Shown: positions 50,881 to 54,775 of the stretch, piece by piece
How the letters are laid out: the number at the start of each line of letters is the position of its first letter
Numbering within the stretch: position 1 is the stretch's first letter
DNA from: an uncultured bacterium
Lineage (GTDB): Bacteria; CAYUVA01
DNA length: 54,775 nucleotides
Assembly: GCA_964448115.1 (NCBI GenBank)
Contig: CAYUVA010000031.1
Span: 1-54,775, forward strand
Direction of reading: 5' to 3'
Notes under the pieces: model-generated
What the model was told of the DNA's origin: nothing
Databases searched by the model: none
What the model saw: only the letters and a program-made list of their open reading frames with translations
Made by a program: the position numbers and the translations under genes

Positions 50881-50940
50881 TAGTCTTTAGTCTTTAGTCT
50901 TTAGTCTTTAGTCTTTAGTCTTTAGTCTCTAGTCTTTAGT
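50881..50940. repeat. Heptamer tandem repeat (TAGTCTT)x8 plus a partial unit
   Basis: Directly visible; one unit is TAGTCTC. Confidence 0.97.
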
Positions 50941-50962
50941 TTACTTCCTTAGAAAAATAAAA

Positions 50963-51395
50963 CAATTTTACGCGTCATAATTTTCATGCCTCCCGAATAG
51001 GTCGGAATCGGTGCTGCTCTTTACATAAGATTTGTTTCGCCAACGGGCACCCCCATGTCATTCCCGCCCCGCATCAAGTGCTGGGTAAACTCCGGCGGGA
51101 ATCCAGTAATAACGGGAAGTGATAGAGTGATAGAGACATATTGAACCACAAAGGCACGAAGGCACGAAGGGGAAGTGATACCGTGATAAAGTGATAGAGG
51201 AAAGAAAGCCCCTCACCCCAGCCCTCTCCCAGCAGGAGGAAGCTAGGAGCCAAAGGGCTATCAGCAGGGAGAGGAACCTAGGGGGGGAAGGGGTCGGGGC
51301 ATGGGGCTTCTCCTCCTTCCTTTCTTCGCGTCTTTGCGGGGACAAGCTTCGCGGGCATGACAATAAGGAGGATACTCTCTTCTTGTCATTCATGC
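50963..51395. repeat. Composite palindromic intergenic repeat copy
   Basis: Shares modules with 24983-25475 (direct) and with 46376-46546 and 37686-37770 (inverted). Confidence 0.88.
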
Positions 51396-51488
51396 ATCCT
51401 GGATTTCAAACCGAGAATTTGGGATTTCTAAATTTTTACTATAAATGATAATATTTTGCCTTAACATTGAAGGAGTCTATTTAGGATC

Positions 51489-53279
51489 GTGGATCAACCT
51501 TTAGGCAATGGTAAGCTGGGGCTGGTCATTCTGGCAATAGCTCTGCTGCTGCCTATTATAGTCATGTTAACCGAGCCAGAGGTGAGCGGGCAGTTCGGAC
51601 TCCCCCTGGATGATGGATGGATTCACCTGGTCTTTGCTCGTAATCTAGCTAATGGCAATGGCTTCTGCTTCAATCCGGGGATGCCAATTAACGGCGCTAC
51701 CAGCTTCCTATGGCCAATCCTGGAGAGCGTCTTTTTCCATCTATCGCCGCTACCTTTGGTGTGGATAAAGCTATTCGGCATCATATTGCATTATCTCACT
51801 TTACTAACTATCTATCATCTGGTCAGGTTACTGGGTTCAAGCAGAGAAAAGGCGTTTACCAGCGTGCTTGTTTATGCATTCATGCCAGTGATTCTTTACA
51901 GCTCTATAGCCTGCATGGAGGTGAGCCTTTATGTGCTTCTGTCAACGCTTGGATTGTACATGTACCACCTTTATCGCATTCATAGAGGCTACTGGCTCTT
52001 GGTGGGGGCTACCTTTGTTTTTTACTTGGCTGGTTTAAGTCGTCCTGAGTGCTTCATGCTCTTTTTTATCATCCTAGCTGAGTTGTTTATTTTTATGGTT
52101 TTCGAGGCGAGGCGAGGATTACTCGCTTACCTTAAAGAGATCTCTCTCCCAGTCGCCATATTCATAAGCCTGGTCTGCCTATATTTGTATGTAAATTACA
52201 CCATCGGCGGGCAGATATTCCCCAACACCTTCCAGGCTAAGCTGCCAGTGAACGGAATGGTCTATGCCTTGCAGCAGGGTGATACTGGAGAGCTTCTGCG
52301 CTGCCTTACTATATATCCTTTTAAGTCCTGGCTCCTTTTCATCATCATGGTGTTATCCATCAGTAGTCATGCTGGATTGCTCTTTTTTATTCCTGGCATA
52401 ATAGCTATGCTGCGCCATCCCTTGAAGCGCATAGTACCCTTTTTATTCATCCTTTATCCGCTGGCTTATGGTGCCTTCACAGGTGCATTCTGGTTCTTTC
52501 ATTATGGCAGGTATATTCAAAACCTGATGCCATTATTAGCCATCCTCACCGTGGAGGGAATATATTTCTTGTTTCAAGCCGGGCTTGAATCTCGTCTCAT
52601 CCAGCGTCTTGTAGCTCGAATTGCCCTAGTTATCGGTATAGCAACCGCATTCGGAAGTGTAATAGTCGGTATATCAATCGTGAAAAGCTCTTATATCTAT
52701 ATGCGATTGAGCCTGCTAAAGCCGCTTATACAGCCGAAGTACTTTTTATTCTCAGGGTTGATACTGGCTGCGATAGCCATAATTTTTGCCTTAGTGATTA
52801 AAAACACCAAGCATACAAATCTATCGACAAATCGTAACCTGGTGATCGGTCTAGGGATCATAATATCATTATCCTTCACCATCCACTGCTCAAGGTACTA
52901 CCTCCAGGCAGTCAAGAATATCAATCAGATGCAGGTGCACCTCGGTAAATGGCTGGCAGAGAACACGGAAGATGACGCTCGGCTGGCGGTGAATGATATT
53001 GGCGCCATAGGATTCTTTTCCCACAGAACCGTGTATGACCTCATGTCATTGATCAACCCTGAGATGATGGAGTTTCGCTTATTGATGGGACGATTCAAGG
53101 GAGATCTGGAGTTTCTATACTATTGCAAGCCCGATTATGCGGTGCTTTTTCCCTCCTGGTTCCCCAACCTAGCCTTCAACGAGATCCTTTTTAAGCCCAT
53201 TTACCAAGTGCAGCTTGAGGATAATCTGATCTGCGGCGGAGATGTAATGGTGGTCTATCGCACGCGATGGAATGAATGA
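51489..53279 (+). CDS. GT-C-like polytopic membrane protein (putative glycosyltransferase)
   Basis: LDDGWIHLVFARNLANG, FNPG..ING.TSFLW, RPE, PNTF.AK and DIGAIGFFS...DLMSL. Confidence 0.72.
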   Translation: MDQPLGNGKLGLVILAIALLLPIIVMLTEPEVSGQFGLPLDDGWIHLVFARNLANGNGFCFNPGMPINGATSFLWPILESVFFHLSPLPLVWIKLFGIILHYLTLLTIYHLVRLLGSSREKAFTSVLVYAFMPVILYSSIACMEVSLYVLLSTLGLYMYHLYRIHRGYWLLVGATFVFYLAGLSRPECFMLFFIILAELFIFMVFEARRGLLAYLKEISLPVAIFISLVCLYLYVNYTIGGQIFPNTFQAKLPVNGMVYALQQGDTGELLRCLTIYPFKSWLLFIIMVLSISSHAGLLFFIPGIIAMLRHPLKRIVPFLFILYPLAYGAFTGAFWFFHYGRYIQNLMPLLAILTVEGIYFLFQAGLESRLIQRLVARIALVIGIATAFGSVIVGISIVKSSYIYMRLSLLKPLIQPKYFLFSGLILAAIAIIFALVIKNTKHTNLSTNRNLVIGLGIIISLSFTIHCSRYYLQAVKNINQMQVHLGKWLAENTEDDARLAVNDIGAIGFFSHRTVYDLMSLINPEMMEFRLLMGRFKGDLEFLYYCKPDYAVLFPSWFPNLAFNEILFKPIYQVQLEDNLICGGDVMVVYRTRWNE

Positions 53280-53315
53280 TAGTTACTTGATTCATTTTCG
53301 ATCTCAGAGATATAA

Positions 53316-53879
53316 TTAGAACCTATACGAGATCCCTATGGACGGAGCAAGGCAGTTGGTCTGATTCTCCTTCTCACCGAAGCCTAATAGCACCATCCGG
53401 TATCCTAGAACGCCCCTTAGCGATAACCGCTCAGTGATAGCCCAGTCAAGGTCGAATGAGGCAGAAATATGTGCATTAGAACCATCCTGTGAATTTGCAT
53501 TATAGGGACGATCAACCTCAAAGCGCCAGAAGAAGACTCCACTGCCAAAAGATGCAAAGCTGATAAGGGAGGGCGTCAAGCGCTTTATCGGGTATCGAAC
53601 AAAAACCGACAGGATATATGAGCTGAACCTCTCTATCCTAACCTTGCGGCTGTACATCTCGAACCTGGGGTAGAGGATGAATCCCTTGCCGATTGGGAAT
53701 TCGGCATTGATGCCATAAGCGAGCCCCTTGAACTCCTTTGTGATTAACTTATCCTTGGCTCGCTCCCATGCGAGGTAACTAATATCCAAGCCGGCTCGAT
53801 CTATCTCCAGGCAGATAACCGGTGTGTTTAAAAGAAAAATCAGGGATGCAATAAACATTAGCTTCCGAGCTATGCTCAT
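53316..53879 (-). CDS. Small outer-membrane beta-barrel protein
   Basis: Signal peptide, amphipathic strands, C-terminal GISYRF. Confidence 0.72.
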   Translation of the reverse strand: MSIARKLMFIASLIFLLNTPVICLEIDRAGLDISYLAWERAKDKLITKEFKGLAYGINAEFPIGKGFILYPRFEMYSRKVRIERFSSYILSVFVRYPIKRLTPSLISFASFGSGVFFWRFEVDRPYNANSQDGSNAHISASFDLDWAITERLSLRGVLGYRMVLLGFGEKENQTNCLAPSIGISYRF

Positions 53880-53912
53880 AATGCAGCGATTATAGAATCT
53901 GGATCGCTTATG

Positions 53913-54473
53913 TCAATCCTGTTCAGCCTTTTTCTTTAAATATTGGGCAGCGATCAACGCTGATAAGATCTTTTTCAGCTCGGGATCGTAACCATCGGGA
54001 AACATTGAACTAATCTTTGCATGTTCCTCTTCGCTCAGTTCAGCTTCTGGTAATTGATCCTTGTAGGCTCCATTTACCTCGAATCTTTTGGGATCTACCC
54101 TGAAATGAATTCTTTCTATAGGCATGTCAGGATGGCGGGTATTGATATTGTTGAGGATCACCGACTTGGTCTCTCGTAGGTTCTTCTTGTCACGCTCGGA
54201 GGTTAATGAGATTACAAGCGTCTTACCCTTTATATTATATGGCTTCGATTGCCTTGAGAGAGTCTCACCCACTATATTATGCCAATCGAAACGGAGTTTA
54301 AGCAGCGCTTGGATGCGATCTGGCGCAAAGGGATATAGATCCTTAAGCAACGATGAGCCCAGACCACTTATGCTAAAAAGGTTAGGGACATTCTTTCTTT
54401 GAGAGGCATTCTCGATACCATCCGTATTCTTAGATGGACTTATATCTTTATCTTCAGTCATAGACAACCTCAA
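53913..54473 (-). CDS. DciA/DUF721-family protein
   Basis: W..IVGETLSRQSKP..I...TLVI...ILNNIN...IERIHFRV. Confidence 0.72.
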   Translation of the reverse strand: MRLSMTEDKDISPSKNTDGIENASQRKNVPNLFSISGLGSSLLKDLYPFAPDRIQALLKLRFDWHNIVGETLSRQSKPYNIKGKTLVISLTSERDKKNLRETKSVILNNINTRHPDMPIERIHFRVDPKRFEVNGAYKDQLPEAELSEEEHAKISSMFPDGYDPELKKILSALIAAQYLKKKAEQD

Positions 54474-54730
54474 GGGTAATATAACATTTTATCTAAATTC
54501 CTTGAAGGTTTAACTATCCCAGATGAACTTTACCTAAATTTACAAAAACTCTAATTGTTTTAATATTTTCCCGTCACTGGGCTATTTAATAAAGATAATT
54601 GTCAAAATAGGGCTTATGAACCACCACTTCAAGCCAGTATTCATAGGGGTAAAATCTGGGGATCCATGTGCCACTGCCATTTTTAAAAGCTCGATCTTGC
54701 AAATAAAGGCTTTGTCAAAAAAAGAATTAA

Positions 54731-54746
54731 TGTTCCATGTGGAACA
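54731..54746. promoter_or_regulatory. parS-like centromere site
   Basis: TGTTCCATGTGGAACA is one mismatch from the parS variant TGTTCCACGTGGAACA; the palindrome extends to 54730-54747. Confidence 0.7.
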
Positions 54747-54775
54747 TATGACTTAAATGTTTGATTTTTTAGGTC

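Noticed and set aside
24983-51340. CRISPR array
   Set aside because: The repeats are dispersed and modular, not regularly spaced with unique spacers, and no cas genes are present.
54480-54775. oriC
   Set aside because: AT-rich, but no cluster of DnaA boxes is visible.

Overview
A 54.8 kb chromosomal window from a diderm, probably anaerobic bacterium of an under-studied lineage. The lineage cannot be named from the sequence alone. The left ~37 kb is a cell-envelope and secreted-protein region. It holds a 2051-aa FG-GAP/PKD surface protein, a PQQ-type beta-propeller, an FGE/SUMF1-domain protein, two gingipain-like C25 proteases, two caspase-like C14 proteins (one absent from the ORF track, at 1..853), DUF362 and several membrane glycosyltransferase-like proteins. 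The most striking signal is a ~100-aa module (P-x-I-x-[LM]-[AG]-G-Y-x-x-T ... W-P-Y-L) present 7 times in 5 unrelated exported proteins, usually next to Thr/Pro linkers. A second shared C-terminal module (NP...YYPS[WF]) occurs in 2 more proteins. Together these are a candidate lineage-specific surface-targeting or assembly system. The right part carries dsrC and dsrT-dsrMKJOP, a YeiH-like transporter, thiE, pcm, a stand-alone mraZ-ftsZ pair with a divergent FtsZ, an ArsA-like ATPase, dciA and a parS-like palindrome. Intergenic DNA contains a modular palindromic repeat family (one inverted pair brackets thiE..arsA), heptamer tandem repeats, an internally deleted IS, a triply fragmented aldehyde dehydrogenase pseudogene and two candidate structured RNAs.
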